Source: Eledone cirrhosa (lineage: Eukaryota). From it: a DNA stretch of 64,000 nucleotides. How positions within the stretch are numbered: the stretch's first letter is position 1; the number at the start of each line of letters is the position of its first letter. This document shows, one piece after another, positions 15,101-32,539 of the stretch. The stretch spans positions 44,268,001 through 44,332,000 of the forward strand of contig OZ024755.1 of assembly GCA_964016885.1 (NCBI GenBank), read 5' to 3'. Below the pieces are notes generated by a model. That model saw only the letters and a list, made by a program, of their open reading frames with translations. It had not been told where the DNA came from and made no database searches. A program made the translations under genes and the position numbers.

Positions 15101-18100
15101 GTTGACATTACCAACGTATATTGTGTACCACAGTTGACGGTACCAACATATCCTGTGTACCTCAGTTGACAGTACCATCATATACTGTATACCACAGTTG
15201 ACAGTACCAACATATACTGTGTACCACTGTTGACAGTACCAATATATACCGTGTACCACAGTTGACAGTACCAACATATACTGTGTACCACAGCTGACAC
15301 TACCAACATATACTTGTACCTCAGTTGACAGTACTACCATATATTGTGTACCACCGTTGACAATACCAACGTATACTGTGTACCACAGTTGACAGTACCA
15401 ACGTATACTGTGCACCACAGTTGACAGTACCAACATATACTGTGTACCACAGTTGACAGTACCAACATATACTGTGTACCACAGTTGACAGTACCAACAT
15501 ATACTGTATACCACAGTTGACAGTACCAACATATACTGTGTACCACTGTTGACAGTACCAACATATACTGTGTACCCTAGTTGACATTACCAACGTATAT
15601 TGTGTACCATAGTTGACAGTAGCAACATCTACTGTGTACCACAGTTGACAGTAACAACGTATACTGTGTACCACAGTTGACAGTACCAACGTATACTGTG
15701 TACCACAGTTGACAGTACCAACGTATACTGTGCACCACAGTTGACAGTACCAACATATACTGTGTACCACAGTTGACAATACCAACATATACTGTGTACC
15801 ACAGTTGACAATACCAACACATATAGTGTACCACAGTTGACAGTACCAACGTATACTGTGTACCACAGTTGCCAATGCCATCATATACTGTGTACCACAG
15901 TTGAGAGTAACAACATATACAGTGTACCACAGTTGACAGTACCAACATATACTGTGTACCACAGTTGACAGTACCAACATATACTGTGTACCACAGTTGA
16001 CAGTACCAATGTATACTGTGTACCACAGTTGACAGTACCAACATATACTGTGTACCACAGTTGACAGTACCAACATATACTGTGTACCCTAGTTGACATT
16101 ACCAACGTATATTGTGTACCACAGTTGACAGTACCAACATGTACTGTGTACCACAGTTGACAGTACCAACGTATACTGTGTACCACAGTTGACAGTATCA
16201 ACGTATACTGTGTACCACAGTTGACAGTACCAACATATAACGTGTACCACAGTTGGCAGTACCATCATATACTCTGTACCACAGTTGACAGTACCAACAT
16301 ATATCGTGTACCACAGTTGACAGTACCAACATATACTGTGTACCATAGTTGACATTACCAACGTATATTGTGTACCACAGTTGACAGTACCAACATACAC
16401 CGTGTACAACAGTTGACAGTACCAACATATACTGTGTACCACAGTTGCGAGTACCAACATAAACTGTGTACCACAGTTGACAGTACCAACATATACTGTG
16501 TACCACAGTTGACAGTACCAACATATACTGTATACCACAGTTGACAGTACCAACATATACTGTGTACCACAGTTGACAGTACCAACATATACTGTGTACC
16601 TCAGTTAACAGTACCCACATATACTGTGTACCACAGTTGACAGTATAAACATATACTGTGTACCACAGTTGACAGTACCATCATATACTTTGTACCACAG
16701 TTAACAGTACCAACATATACTGTGTACCACAGTTGACAGTACCAACGTATACTGTCTACCACAGTTGACAGTACCAACGTATACTGTTTACCACAGTTGA
16801 CAATACCAACATATACTGTGTACCAGAGTTGACAGTACCCACATATACTGTGTACCACAGTTGACAGTTCCAACATATAAGGTGTACCACTGTTGATACT
16901 ACCGACATATACTGTGTAGCACAGTTGACAGTACTAACATATACTGTGTACCACGGTTGAGAGTACCACCATATACTGGGTACCACTGTTGACAGTACCA
17001 ACATATACTGTGTACCACAGTTGACAGTACCAACGTATACTGTGTACCATAGTTGACAGTACCAACATATCCTGTGTACCTCAGTTGTCAGTACCAACAT
17101 ATACTGTATACCACAGTTGACAGTACCAACATATACTGTGTACCACTGTTGACAGTACCAACATATACCGTGTACCACAGTTGACAGTACCAACATATAC
17201 TGTGTACCACAGCTGACACTACCAACATATACTTGTACCTCAACTGACAGTACTACCATATATTGTGTACCACCGTTGACAATACCAACGTATACTGTGT
17301 ACCACAGTTGACAGTACCAACGTATACTGTGCACCACAGTTGACAGTACCAACATATACTGTGTACCACAGTTGACAATACCAACATATACTGTGTACCA
17401 CAGTTGACAATACCAACACATATAGTGTACCACAGTTGACAGTACCAACGTATACTGTGTACCACAGTTGCGAATGCCAACATATACTGTGTACCACAGT
17501 TGAGAGTACCAACATGTACCGTGTACCACAGTTGACACTACCAACGTATACTGTGTACCACAGTTGACAATACCAACATATACTGTGTACAACAGTTGAC
17601 AGTACCAACATATACTGTGTACCACAGTTGAAAGTACCAACGTATACTGTGTACCACAGTTGACAACACCAACATATACTGTGTACCACAGTTGACAGTA
17701 CCAACATATACTGTATACCACAGTTGACAGTACCAACATATACTGTGTACCACAGTTGACGGTACCAACATATACTGTGTACCACAGTTGACAGTACCAA
17801 CATATACTGTATACCACAGTTGACAGTACCAACATATACTGTGTACCACTGTTGACAATACCAACATATACCGTGTACCACAGTTGACAGTACCAACATA
17901 TACTGTGTACCACAGCTGACACTACCAACATATACTTGTACCTCAGTTGACAGTATTACCATATATTGTGTACCACCGTTGACAATACCAACGTATACTG
18001 TGTGCCACAGTTGACAGTACCAACGTATACTGTGCACCACAGTTGACAGTACCAAAATATACTGTGTACCACAGTTGACAATACCAACACATACTGTGTA

Positions 18101-21100
18101 CCACAGTTGACAATACCAACACATATAGTGTACCACAGTTGACAGTACCAACGTATACTGTGTACCACAGTTGCCAATGCCAACATATACTGTGTACCAC
18201 AGTTGAGAGTACCAACATATACTGTGTACCACAGTTGACAGTACCAACATATACTGTGTACCACAGTTGACAGTACCAACATATACTGTGTACCACAGTT
18301 GACAGTACCAATGTATACTGTGTACCACAGTTGACAGTACCAACATATACTGTGTACCACAGTTGACAGTACCAACATATACTGTGTACCATAGTTGACA
18401 TTACGAACGTATATTGTGTTCCACAGTTGACAGTACCAACATGTACTGTGTACCACAGTTGACAGTACCAACGTATACTGTGTACCACAGTTGACAGTAC
18501 CAACGTATACTGTGTACCACAGTTGACAGTACCAACATATAATGTGTACCACAGTTGACAGTACCATCATATACTGTGTACCACAGTTGACAGTACCAAC
18601 ATATATTGTGTACCACAGTTGACAGTACCAACATATACTGTGTACCATAGTTGAGATTACCAACGTATATTGTGTACCACAGTTGACAGTACCAACATAT
18701 CCTGTGTACCTCAGTTGACAGTACCATCATATACTGTATACCACAGTTGACAGTACCAACATATACTGTGTACCACTGTTGACAGTACCAATATATACCG
18801 TGTACCACAGTTGACAGTACCAACATATACTGTGTACCACAGCTGACACTACCAACGTATACTGTGTACCACAGTTGACAGTACCAACGTATACTGTGCA
18901 CCACAGTTGACAGTACCAACATATACTGTGTACCACAGTTGACAATACCAACATATACTGTGTACCACAGTTGACAATACCAACACATATAGTGTACCAC
19001 AGTTGACAGTACCAACGTATATTGTGTACCACAGTTGCCAATGCCAACATATACTGTGTACCACAGTTGAGAGTACCAACATGTAACGTGTACCACAGTT
19101 GACAGTACCAACGTATACTGTGTACCACAGTTGACAATACCAACATATACTGTGTACCACAGTTGACAGTACCAACATATACTGTGTACCACAGTTGAAA
19201 GTACCAACGTATACTGTGTACCACAGTTGACAACACCAACATATACTGTGTATCACATTTGACAGTACCAACATATACTGTATACCACAGTTGACAGTAC
19301 CAACATATACTGTGTACCACAGTTGACAGTACCAACATATACTGTGTACCACAGTTGACAGTACCAACATATACTGTATACCACAGTTGACAGTACCAAC
19401 ATATACTGTGTACCACTGTTGACAGTACCAACATATACTGTGTACCACAGTTGACAGTACCAACGTATACTGTGTACCACAGTTGACAGTACCAACGTAT
19501 ACTGTGCACCACAGTTGACAGTACCAACATATACTGTGTACCACAGTTGACAATACCAACACATACTGTGTACCACACTTGACAATACCAACACATATAG
19601 TGTACCACAGTTGACAGTACCAACGTATACTGTGTACCACAGTTGCCAATGCCAACATATACTGTGTACCACAGTTGAGAGTACCAACATGTACCGTGTA
19701 CCACAGTTGACACTACCAACGTATACTGTGTACCACAGTTGACAATACCAACATATACTGTGTACCACAGTTGACAGTACCAACATATACTGTGTACCAC
19801 AGTTGAAAGTACCAACGTATACTGTGTACCACAGTTGACAACACCAACATATACTGTGTACCACAGTTGACAGTACCAACATATACTGTATACCACAGTT
19901 GACAGTACCAACATATACTGTGTACCACAGTTGACAGTACCAACATATACTGTGTACCACAGTTGACAGTACCAACATATACTGTATACCACAGTTGACA
20001 GTACCAACATATACTGTGTACCACTGTTGACAGTACCAACATATACCGTGTACCACAGTTGACAGTACCAACATATACTGTGTACCACAGCTGACACTAC
20101 CAACATATACTTGTACCTCAGTTGACAGTATTACCATATATTGTGTACCACCGTTGACAATACCAACGTATACTGTGTACCACAGTTGACAGTACCAACG
20201 TATACTGTGCACCACAGTTGACAGTACCAAAATATACTGTGTACCACAGTTGACAATACCAACATATACTGTGTACCACAGTTGACAATACCAACACATA
20301 TAGTGTACCACAGTTGACAGTACCAACGTATACTGTGTACCACAGTTGCCAATGCCAACATATACTGTGTACCACAGTTGAGAGTACCAACATATACTGT
20401 GTACCACAGTTGACAGTACCAACATATACTGTGTACCACAGTTGACAGTACCAACATATACTGTGTACCACAGTTGACAGTACCAATGTATATGTGTACC
20501 ACAGTTGACAGTACCAACATATACTGTGTACCACAGTTGACAGTACCAACATATACTGTGTACCATAGTTGACATTACCAACGTATACTGTGTACCACAG
20601 TTGACAGTACCAACATATACTGTGTACCATAGTTGACATTACCAACGTATATTGTGTACCACAGTTGACAGTACCAACATATACTGTGTACCACAGTTGA
20701 CAGTACCAACATATACTGTGTACCATAGTTGACAGTACCAACGTATACTGTGTACCACAGTTGACAGTACCAACATATACTGTGTACCACAGTTGACAGT
20801 ACCATCATATACTGTGTACCACAGTTGACAGTACCAACATATATTGTGTACCACAGTTGACAATACCAACATATATTGTGTACCACGGTTGACAGTACCA
20901 ATGTATACTGTGTACCACAGTTGACAGTACCAACATATACTGTGTACCACAGTTGACAGTACCAACATATACTGTGTACCATAGTTGACATTACCAACGT
21001 ATATTGTGTTCCACAGTTGACAGTACCAACATGTACTGTGTACCACAGTTGACAGTACCAACGTATACTGTGTACCACAGTTGACAGTACCATCATATAC

Positions 21101-24100
21101 TGTGTACCACAGTTGACAGTACCAACATATATTGTGTACCACAGTTGACAGTACCAACATATACTGTGTACCATAGTTGACATTACCAACGTATATTGTG
21201 TACCACAGTTGACAGTACCAACATATCCTGTGTACCTCAGTTGACAGTACCAACATATACTGTATACCACAGTTGACAGTACCAACATATAATGTGTACC
21301 ACTGTTGACAGTACCAATATATACCGTGTACCACAGTTGACAGTACCAACATATACTCTGTACCACAGCTGACACTACCAACATATACTTGTACCTCAGT
21401 TGACAGTACTAGCATATATTGTGTACCACCGTTGACAATACCAACGTATACTGTGTACCACAGTTGACAGTACCAACGTATACTGTGCACCACAGTTGAC
21501 AGTACCGACATATACTGTGTACCACAGTTGACAATACCAACATATACTTTGTACCACGGTTGACAGTACCAACGTATACTGTGTACCACTGTTGACAATA
21601 TCAACATATACTGTGTACCACAGTTGACATTACCAACATATACAGTGTACCACAGTTGACAGTACCAACATATCCTGTGTACCTCAGTTGACAGTACCAA
21701 CATATACTGTATACCACAGTTGACAGTACCAACATATAATGTGTACCACTGTTGACAGTACCAATATATACCGTGTACCACAGTTGACAGTACCAACATA
21801 TACTCTGTACCACAGCTGACACTACCAACATATACTTGTACCTCAGTTGACAGTACTAGCATATATTGTGTACCACCGTTGACAGTACCAACATATACCG
21901 TGTACCACAGTTGACAGTACCAACATATACTGTGTACCACATTTGAGACTACCAACATATACTGGGTACGACTGTTGACAGTAACAACATATACTATGTA
22001 CCACAGTTGACAGTACCAACATATACTGTGTACCACAGTTGACAGTACCAACCTATACTGTGTACCACAGTTGACAGTACCAACGTATACTGGGTACCAC
22101 ATTTGACACTACCAACATATACTGTGTACCACAGTTGACAGTACCAACGTATACTGTGTACCACAGTTGACGATACCAACATATACTGTGTACCACAGTT
22201 GACAGTACCAACATATACTGTATACCACAGTTGACAGTACCGACATATACTGTGTACCACAGTTGACAATACCAACATATACTTTGTACCACGGTTGACA
22301 GTACCAACGTATACTGTGTACCACTGTTGACAATATCAACATATACTGTGTACCACAGCTGACATTACCAACATATACAGTGTACCACAGTTGACAGTAG
22401 CAACATATACTGTGTACCACAGTTGACAGTACCAACATATACTGTGTACCACAGTGGACAGTACCAACATATACTGTGTACCATAGTTGATAGTACCAAC
22501 GTATATTGTGTACCACAGTTGAGAGTACCAACATACACCGTGTACGACAGTTGACAGTAAAAACATATACTGTGTACCACAGTTGAGAGTACCAACATAA
22601 ACTGTGTACCACAGTTGACAGTACCAACATATACTGTGTACCACAGTTGACAATACCAACATATACTGTGTACCACAGTTGACAGTACCAACATATACTG
22701 TGTACCACAGTTGAAAGTACCAACGTATACTGTGTACCACAGTTGACAACACCAACATATACTGTGTACCACAGTTGACAGTACCAACATATACTGTATA
22801 CCACAGTTGACAGTACCAACATATACTGTGTACCACAGTTGACAGTACCGACATATACTGTGTACCACAGTTGACAGTACCAACATATACTGTATACCAC
22901 AGTTGACAGTACCAACATATACTGTGTACCACTGTTGACAGTACCAACATATACCGTGTACCACAGTTGACAGTACCAACATATACTGTGTACCACAGCT
23001 GACACTACCAACATATACTTGTACCTCAGTTGACAGTACTACCATATATTGTGTACCACCGTTGACAATACCAACGTATACTGTGTACCACAGTTGACAG
23101 TACCAACGTATACTGTGCACCACAGTTTACAGTACCAAAATATACTGTGTACCACAGTTGACAATACCAACATATACTGTGTACCACAGTTGACAATACC
23201 AACACATATAGTGTACCACAGTTGACAGTACCAACGTATACTGTGTACCACAGTTGCCAATGCCAACATATACTGTGTACCACAGTTGAGAGTACCAACA
23301 TATACTGTGTACCACAGTTGACAGTACCAACATATACAGTGTACCACAGTTGACAGTACCAACATATACTGTGTACCACAGTTGACAGTACCAATGTATA
23401 CTGTGTACCACAGTTGACAGTACCAACATATACTGTGTACCACAGTTGACAGTACCAACATATACTGTGTACCATGGTTGACATTACCAACGTATATTGT
23501 GTTCCACAGTTGACAGTACCAACATGTACTGTGTACCACAGTTGACAGTACCAACGTATACTGTGTACCACAGTTGACAGTACCAACGTATACTGTGTAC
23601 CACAGTTGACAGTACCAACATATAACGTGTACCACAGTTGGCAGTACCATCATATACTGTGTACCACAGTTGACAGTACCAACATATATTGTGTACCACA
23701 GTTGACAGTACCAACATATACTGTGTACCATAGTTGAAATTACCAACGTATATTGTGTACCACAGTTGACAATACCAACACATATAGTGTACCACAGTTG
23801 ACAGTACCAACGTATATTGTGTACCACAGTTGCCAATGCCAACATATACTGTGTACCACAGTTGAGAGTACCAACATGTACCGTGTACCACAGTTGACAG
23901 TACCAACGTATACTGTGTACCACAGTTGACAATACCAACATATACTGTGTACCACAGTTGACAGTACCAACATATACTGTGTACCACAGTTGAAAGTACC
24001 AACGTATACTGTGTACCACAGTTGACAACACCAACATATACTGTGTACCACAGTTGACAGTACCAACATATACTGTATACCACAGTTGACAGTACTAACA

Positions 24101-24559
24101 TATACTGTGTACCACAGTTGACAGTACCAACATATACTGTATACCACAGTTGACAGTACCAACATATACTGTGTACCACTGTTGACAGTACCAACATATA
24201 CCGTGTACCACAGTTGACAGTACCAACATATACTGTGTACCACAGCTGACACTACCAACATATACTTGTACCTCAGTTGACAGTACTACCATATATTGTG
24301 TACCACCGTTGACAATACCAACGTATACTGTGTACCACAGTTGACAGTACCAACGTATACTGTGCACCACAGTTGACAGTACCAACATATACTGTGTACC
24401 ACAGTTGACAATACCAACATATACTGTGTACCACAGTTGACAATACCAACACATATAGTGTACCACAGTTGACAGTACCAACGTATACTGTGTACCACAG
24501 TTGCCAATGCCAACATATACTGTGTACCACAGTTGAGAGTACCAACATATACTGTGTAC

Positions 24560-26800
24560 CACAGTTGACAGTACCAACATATACTGTGTACCACAGTTGA
24601 CAATACCAACATATACTGTGTACCACAGTTGACAGTACCAACATATACTGTGTACCCTAGTTGACATTACCAACGTATATTGTGTACCACAGTTGACAGT
24701 ACCAACATGTACTGTGTACCACAGTTGACAGTACCAACGTATACTGTGTACCACAGTTGACAGTACCAACGTATACTGTGTACCACAGTTGACAGTACCA
24801 ACATATAACGTGTACCACAGTTGGCAGTACCATCATATACTGTGTACCACAGTTGACAGTACCAACATATATTGTGTACCACAGTTGACAGTACCAACAT
24901 ATACTGTGTACCATAGTTGACATTACCAACGTATATTGTGTACCACAGTTGACAGTACCAACATACACCGTGTACAACAGTTGCAGGACCAACATATACT
25001 GTGTACCACAGTTGCGAGTACCAACATAAACTGTGTACCACAGTTGACAGTACCAACATATACTGTATACCACAGTTGACAGTACCAACATATACTGTGT
25101 ACCACAGTTGACAGTACCAACATATACTGTGTACCACAGTTGACAGTACCAACATATACTGTGTACCACAGTTGACAGTACTAACATATACTGTGTACTA
25201 CAGTTGACAGTACCAACATATACTGTGTACCACAGTTGACAGTACCAACATGTACTGTGTACCACAGTTGACAGTACCAACATATACTGTGTACCACAGT
25301 TGGCAGTACCAACATATACAGTGTACCACAGTTGACAGTACCAACATATACTGTGTACCACATTTGACAGTACCAACATATACTGTGTACCACAGTTGAC
25401 AGTACCAACATGTACCGTGAACCACATTTGACAGTACCAACATATACTGTGTACCACAGTTGAGAGTACCAACGTATAGTGTGTACCACAGTTGACAGTA
25501 CCATCATATACTGTGTACCACAGTTGACAGTACCAACATATATTGTGTACCACAGTTGACAGTACCAACATATACTGTGTACCATAGTTGACATTACCAA
25601 CGTATATTGTGTACCACAGTTGACAATACCAACACATATAGTGTACCACAGTTGACAGTACCAACGTATATTGTGTACCACAGTTGCCAATGCCAACATA
25701 TACTGTGTACCACAGTTGAGAGTACCAACATGTACCGTGTACCACAGTTGACAGTACCAACGTATACTGTGTACCAGAGTTGACAATACCAACATATACT
25801 GTGTACCACAGTTGACAGTACCAACATATACTGTGTACCTCAGTTGAAAGTACCAACGTATACTGTGTACCACAGTTGACAACACCAACATATACTGTGT
25901 ACCACAGTTGAGAGTACCAACATATACTGTGTACCACAGTTGACAGTACCAACATATACTGTGTACCACAGTTGACAATACCAACATATACTGTGTACCA
26001 CAGTTGACAGTACCAACATATACTGTGTACCCTAGTTGACATTACCAACGTATATTGTGTACCACAGTTGACAGTACCAACATGTACTGTGTACCACAGT
26101 TGACAGTACCAACGTATACTGTGTACCACAGTTGACAGTACCAACGTATACTGTGTACCACAGTTGACAGTACCAACATATAACGTGTACCACAGTTGGC
26201 AGTACCATCATATACTGTGTACCACAGTTGACAGTACCAACATATATTGTGTACCACAGTTGACAGTACCAACATATACTGTGTACCATAGTTGACATTA
26301 CCAACGTATATTGTGTACCACAGTTGACAGTACCAACATACACCGTGTACAACAGTTGCAGGACCAACATATACTGTGTACCACAGTTGCGAGTACCAAC
26401 ATAAACTGTGTACCACAGTTGACAGTACCAACATATACTGTGTACCACAGTTGACAGTACCAACATATACTGTGTACCACAGTTGACAGTACTAACATAT
26501 ACTGTGTACTACAGTTGACAGTACCAACATATACTGTGTACCACAGTTGACAGTACCAACATGTACTGTGTACCACAGTTGACAGTACCAACATATACTG
26601 TGTACCACAGTTGGCAGTACCAACATATACAGTGTACCACAGTTGACAGTACCAACATATACTGTGTACCACATTTGACAGTACCAACATATACTGTGTA
26701 CCACAGTTGACAGTACCAACATGTACCGTGAACCACATTTGACAGTACCAACATATACTGTGTACCACAGTTGAGAGTACCAACGTATAGTGTGTACCAC
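24560..26800 (+). repeat. Local duplication with offset 1,375 bp (43 monomers minus 1), carrying a private 31-bp monomer
   Basis: AACAGTTGCAGGACCAAC occurs only at about 24976 and 26351. ORF ends 24657/26032, 24667/26042 and 24923/26298 differ by 1375. The offset later drops to 1311 (25181/26492), a loss of 2 monomers. Confidence 0.8.
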
Positions 26801-26849
26801 AGTTGACAGTACCAACATATACTGTGTACCACAGTTGACAGTACCAACA

Positions 26850-28510
26850 TATACTGTGTACCACAGTTCACAGTACCAAAGTATACAGTGTACCACATTT
26901 GACAGTACCAACATATTCTGTGTACCACAGTTGACAGTACCAACATATACTGTGTACCACTGTTGACAGTACCAACATATACCGTGTACCACATTTGACA
27001 GTACCAACATATACTGTGTACCACTGTTGACAGTACCAACATATACTGTGTACCACAGTTGACAGTACCAACATGTACCGTGTACCACAGTTGACAGTAC
27101 CAACGTATACTGTGTACCACAGTTGACAATACCAACATATACTGTGTACCACAGTTGACAGTACCAACATATACTGTGTACCACAGTTGACAGTACCAAC
27201 GTATACTGTTTATCACAGTTGACAGTACCAACGTATACTGGGTACCACATTTGACAGTACCAACATATACTGTGTACCACAGTTGACAGTACCAACGTAT
27301 ACTGTGTACCACAATTGACGATACCAACATATACTGTGTACCACAGTTGACAGTACCAACATATACTGTATACCACAGTTGACAGTACCGACATATACTG
27401 TGTACCACAGTTGACAATACCAACATATACTTTGTACCACGGTTGACAGTACCAATGTATACTGTGTACCACAGTTGACAGTACCAACATATACTGTGTA
27501 CCACAGTTGACAGTACCAACATATACTGTGTACTATAGTTGACATTACCAACGTATATTGTGTTCCACAGTTGACAGTACCAACATGTACTGTGTACCAC
27601 ATTTGACAGTACCAACGTATACTGTGTACCACAGTTGACAGTACCAACGTATACTGTGTACCACAGTTGACAGTACCAACATATACTGTGTACCACAGTT
27701 CACAGTACCAAAGTATACAGTGTACCACATTTGACAGTACCAACATATTCTGTGTACCACAGTTGACAGTACCAACATATACTGTGTACCACTGTTGACA
27801 GTACCAACATATACCGTGTACCACATTTGACAGTACCAACATATACTGTGTACCACTGTTGACAGTACCAACATATACTGTGTACCACAGTTGACAGTAC
27901 CAACATGTACCGTGTACCACAGTTGACAGTACCAACGTATACTGTGTACCACAGTTGACAATACCAACATATACTGTGTACCACAGTTGACAGTACCAAC
28001 ATATACTGTGTACCACAGTTGACAGTACCAACGTATACTGTTTATCACAGTTGACAGTACCAACGTATACTGGGTACCACATTTGACAGTACCAACATAT
28101 ACTGTGTACCACAGTTGACAGTACCAACGTATACTGTGTACCACAATTGACGATACCAACATATACTGTGTACCACAGTTGACAGTACCAACATATACTG
28201 TATACCACAGTTGACAGTACCGACATATACTGTGTACCACAGTTGACAATACCAACATATACTTTGTACCACGGTTGACAGTACCAATGTATACTGTGTA
28301 CCACAGTTGACAGTACCAACATATACTGTGTACCACAGTTGACAGTACCAACATATACTGTGTACCATAGTTGACATTACCAACGTATATTGTGTTCCAC
28401 AGTTGACAGTACCAACATGTACTGTGTACCACATTTGACAGTACCAACGTATACTGTGTACCACAGTTGACAGTACCAACGTATACTGTGTACCACAGTT
28501 GACAGTACCA
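26850..28510 (+). repeat. Tandem duplication of an 832-bp unit (26 monomers)
   Basis: CCAAAGTATACAGTG is at about 26876 and 27708, and CTGTTTATCAC at about 27206 and 28038. ORFs 26868..27170 and 27700..28002 are identical. Confidence 0.88.
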
Positions 28511-31500
28511 ACATATAACGTGTACCACAGTTGGCAGTACCATCATATACTGTGTACCACAGTTGACAGTACCAACATATATTGTGTACCACAGTTGACA
28601 GTACCAACATATACTGTGTACCATAGTTGACATTACCAACGTATATTGTGTACCACAGTTGACAGTACCAACATATCCTGTGTACCTCAGTTGACAGTAC
28701 CAACATATACTGTATACCACAGTTGACAGTACCAACATATACTGTGTACCACTGTTGACAGTACCAACATATACTCTGTACCACAGCTGACACTACCAAC
28801 ATATACAGTGTACCACAGTTGACAGTAGCAACATATACTGTGTACCACAGTTGACAGTACCAACATATACTGTGTACCACAGTTGACAGTACCAACATAT
28901 ACTGTGTACCATAGTTGATAGTACCAACGTATATTGTGTACCACAGTTAAGAGTACCAACATACACCGTGTACGACAGTTGACAGTAAAAACATATACTG
29001 TGTACCACAGTTGAATGTACCAGAGTATAGTGTGTACCACACTTGACAGTCCCAACATATTCTGTATACCACAGTTGACAGTACCAACATATACAGTGTA
29101 CCACTGTTGACAGTACCAACATATACCGTGTACCACAGTTGACAGTACCAACATATACTGTGTACCACAGTTGAGACTACCAACATATACTGGGTACGAC
29201 TGTTGACAGTAACAACATATACTATGTACCACAGTTGACAGTACCAACATATACTGTGTACCACAGTTGACAGTACCAACCTATACTGTGTACCACAGTT
29301 GACAGTACCAACGTATACTGGGTACCACATTTGACACTACCAACATATACTGTGTACCACAGTTGACAGTACCAACGTATGCTGTGTACCACAGTTGACG
29401 ATACCAACATATACTGTGTACCACAGTTGACAGTACCAACATATACTGTATACCACAGTTGACAGTACCGACATATACTGTGTACCACAGTTGACAATAC
29501 CAACATATACTTTGTACCACGGTTGACAGTACCAACGTATACTGTGTACCACTGTTGACAATATCAACATATACTGTGTACCACAGTTGACATTACCAAC
29601 ATATACAGTGTACCACAGTTGACAGTAGCAACATATACTGTGTACCACAGTTGACAGTACCAACATATACTGTGTACCACAGTTGACAGTACCAACATAT
29701 ACTGTGTACCATAGTTGATAGTACCAACGTATATTGTGTACCACAGTTGAGAGTACCATCATACACCGTGTACGACAGTTGACAGTAAAAACATATACTG
29801 TGTACCACAGTTGAGAGTACCAACATAAACTGTGTACCACAGTTGACAGTACCAACATATACTGTGTACCACAGTTGACAGTACCAACATATACTGTGTA
29901 CCACAGTTGACAGTACCAACATATACTGTATACCACAGTTGACAGTACCAACATATACTGTGTACCACAGTTGACAGTACCAACATATACTGTGTACCAC
30001 AGTTGACAGTACCAACATATACTGTGTACCACAGTTGACAGTACTAACATATACTGTGTACTACAGTTGACAGTACCAACATATATTGTGTACCACAGTT
30101 GACAGTACCAACATATACTGTGTACCACAGTTGGCAGTACCAACATATAATGTGTACCTCAGTTGACAGTACCAACATATACTGTGTACCACAGTTGACA
30201 GTTCCAACGTATACTGTGTACCACAGTTGACAGTACCAACGTATACAGTGTACCACAGTTGACAGTACCAATATATACTGTGTAACACAGTTGACAATAC
30301 CAACATATAATGTGTACCACAGTTGACAGTACCAAAGTATACTGTGAACCACTGTTGGCAATACCAACATATACTGTGTACTACAGTTGACAGAACCAAC
30401 ATATACAGTGTACCACAGTTGACAGTACCAACATATACTGTGTACCACAGTTGACAGTACCAGCATATACTGTGTACCACAGTTGACAGTACCAACATAT
30501 ACTGTGTACCACAGTTCACAGTACCAACGTATACTGTGTACCACATTTGACATTACCAACATATACTGTGTACCACAGTTGACAGTACCAACATATACTG
30601 TGTACCACTTTTGACAGTACCAACATATACCGTGTATCACATTTGACAGTACCAACATATACTGTGTACCACTGTTGACAGTACCAACATATACTGTGTA
30701 CCACAGTTGACAGTACCAACATGTACCGTGTACCACAGTTGACAGTACCAACGTATACTGTGTACCACAGTTGACAATACCAACATATACTGTGTACCAC
30801 AGTTGACAGTACCAATATATACTGTGTACCACAGTTGAAAGTACCAACGTATACTGTGTACCACAGTTGACAACACCAACATATACTGTGTACCACAGTT
30901 GACAGTACCAACATATACTGTATACCACAGTTGACAGTACCAACATATACTGTGTACCACAGTTGACAGTACCAACATATACTGTGTACCACAGTTGACA
31001 GTACCAACATATACTGTATACCAGAGTTGACAGTACCAACATATACTGTGTACCACTGTTGACAGTACCAACATATACAGTGTACCACAGTTGACATTAC
31101 CAACTTATACTGTGTACCACAGCTGACAATACCAACATATACTTGTACCTCAGTTGACAGTACTACCATATATTGTGTACCACCGTTGACAATACCAACG
31201 TATACTGTGTACGACAGTTGACAGTACCAACGTATACTGTGCACCACAGTTGACAGTACCAACATATACTGTGTACCACAGTTGACAATACCAACATATA
31301 CTGTATACCACAGTTGACAATACCAACACATATAGTGTACCAGAGTTGACAATACCAACACATATAGTGTACCACAGTTGACAGTACCAACGTATACTGT
31401 GTACCACAGTTGCCAATGCCAACATATACTGTGTACCACAGTTGAGAGTACCAACATGTACCGTGTACCACAGTTGACAGTACCAACGTATACTGTGTAC

Positions 31501-32539
31501 CACAGTTGACAGTACCAACGTATACTGTTTACCACAGTTGACAATACCAACATATACTGTGTACCAGAGTTGACAGTACCCACATATACTGTGTACCACA
31601 GTTGACAGTTCCAACATATAAGGTGTACCACTGTTGATACTACCGACATATCCTGTGTACCTCAGTTGTCAGTACCAACATATACTGTATACCACAGTTG
31701 ACAGTACCAACATATACTGTGTACCTCTGTTGACAGTACCAACATATACCGTGTACCACAGTTGACAGTACCAACATATACTGTGTACCACAGCTGACAC
31801 TACCAACATATACTTGTACCTCAATTGACAGTACTACCATATATTGTGTACCACCGTTGACAATACCAACGTATACTGTGTACCACAGTTGACAGTACCA
31901 ACGTATACTGTGCACCACAGTTGACAGTACCAACATATACTGTGTACCACAGTTGACAATACCAACATATACTGTGTACCACAGTTGACAATACCAACAC
32001 ATATAGTGTACCACAGTTGACAGTACCAACGTATACTGTGTACCACAGTTGCCAATGCCAACATATACTGTGTACCACAGTTGAGAGTACCAACATGTAC
32101 CGTGTACCACAGTTGACACTACCAACGTATACTGTGTACCACAGTTGACAATACCAACATATACTGTGTACCACAGTTGACAGTACCAACATATACTGTG
32201 TACCACAGTTGAAAGTACCAACGTATACTGTGTACCACAGTTGACAACACCAACATATACTGTGTACCACAGTTGACAGTACCAACATATACTGTATACC
32301 ACAGTTGACAGTACCAACATATACTGTGTACCACAGTTGACAGTACCAACATATACTGTGTACCACAGTTGACAGTACCAACATATACTGTATACCACAG
32401 TTGACAGTTCCAACATATACTGTGTACCACTGTTGACAGTACCAACATATACCGTGTACCACAGTTGACAGTACCAACATATACTGTGTACCACAGCTGA
32501 CACTACCAACATATACTTGTACCTCAGTTGACAGTATTA

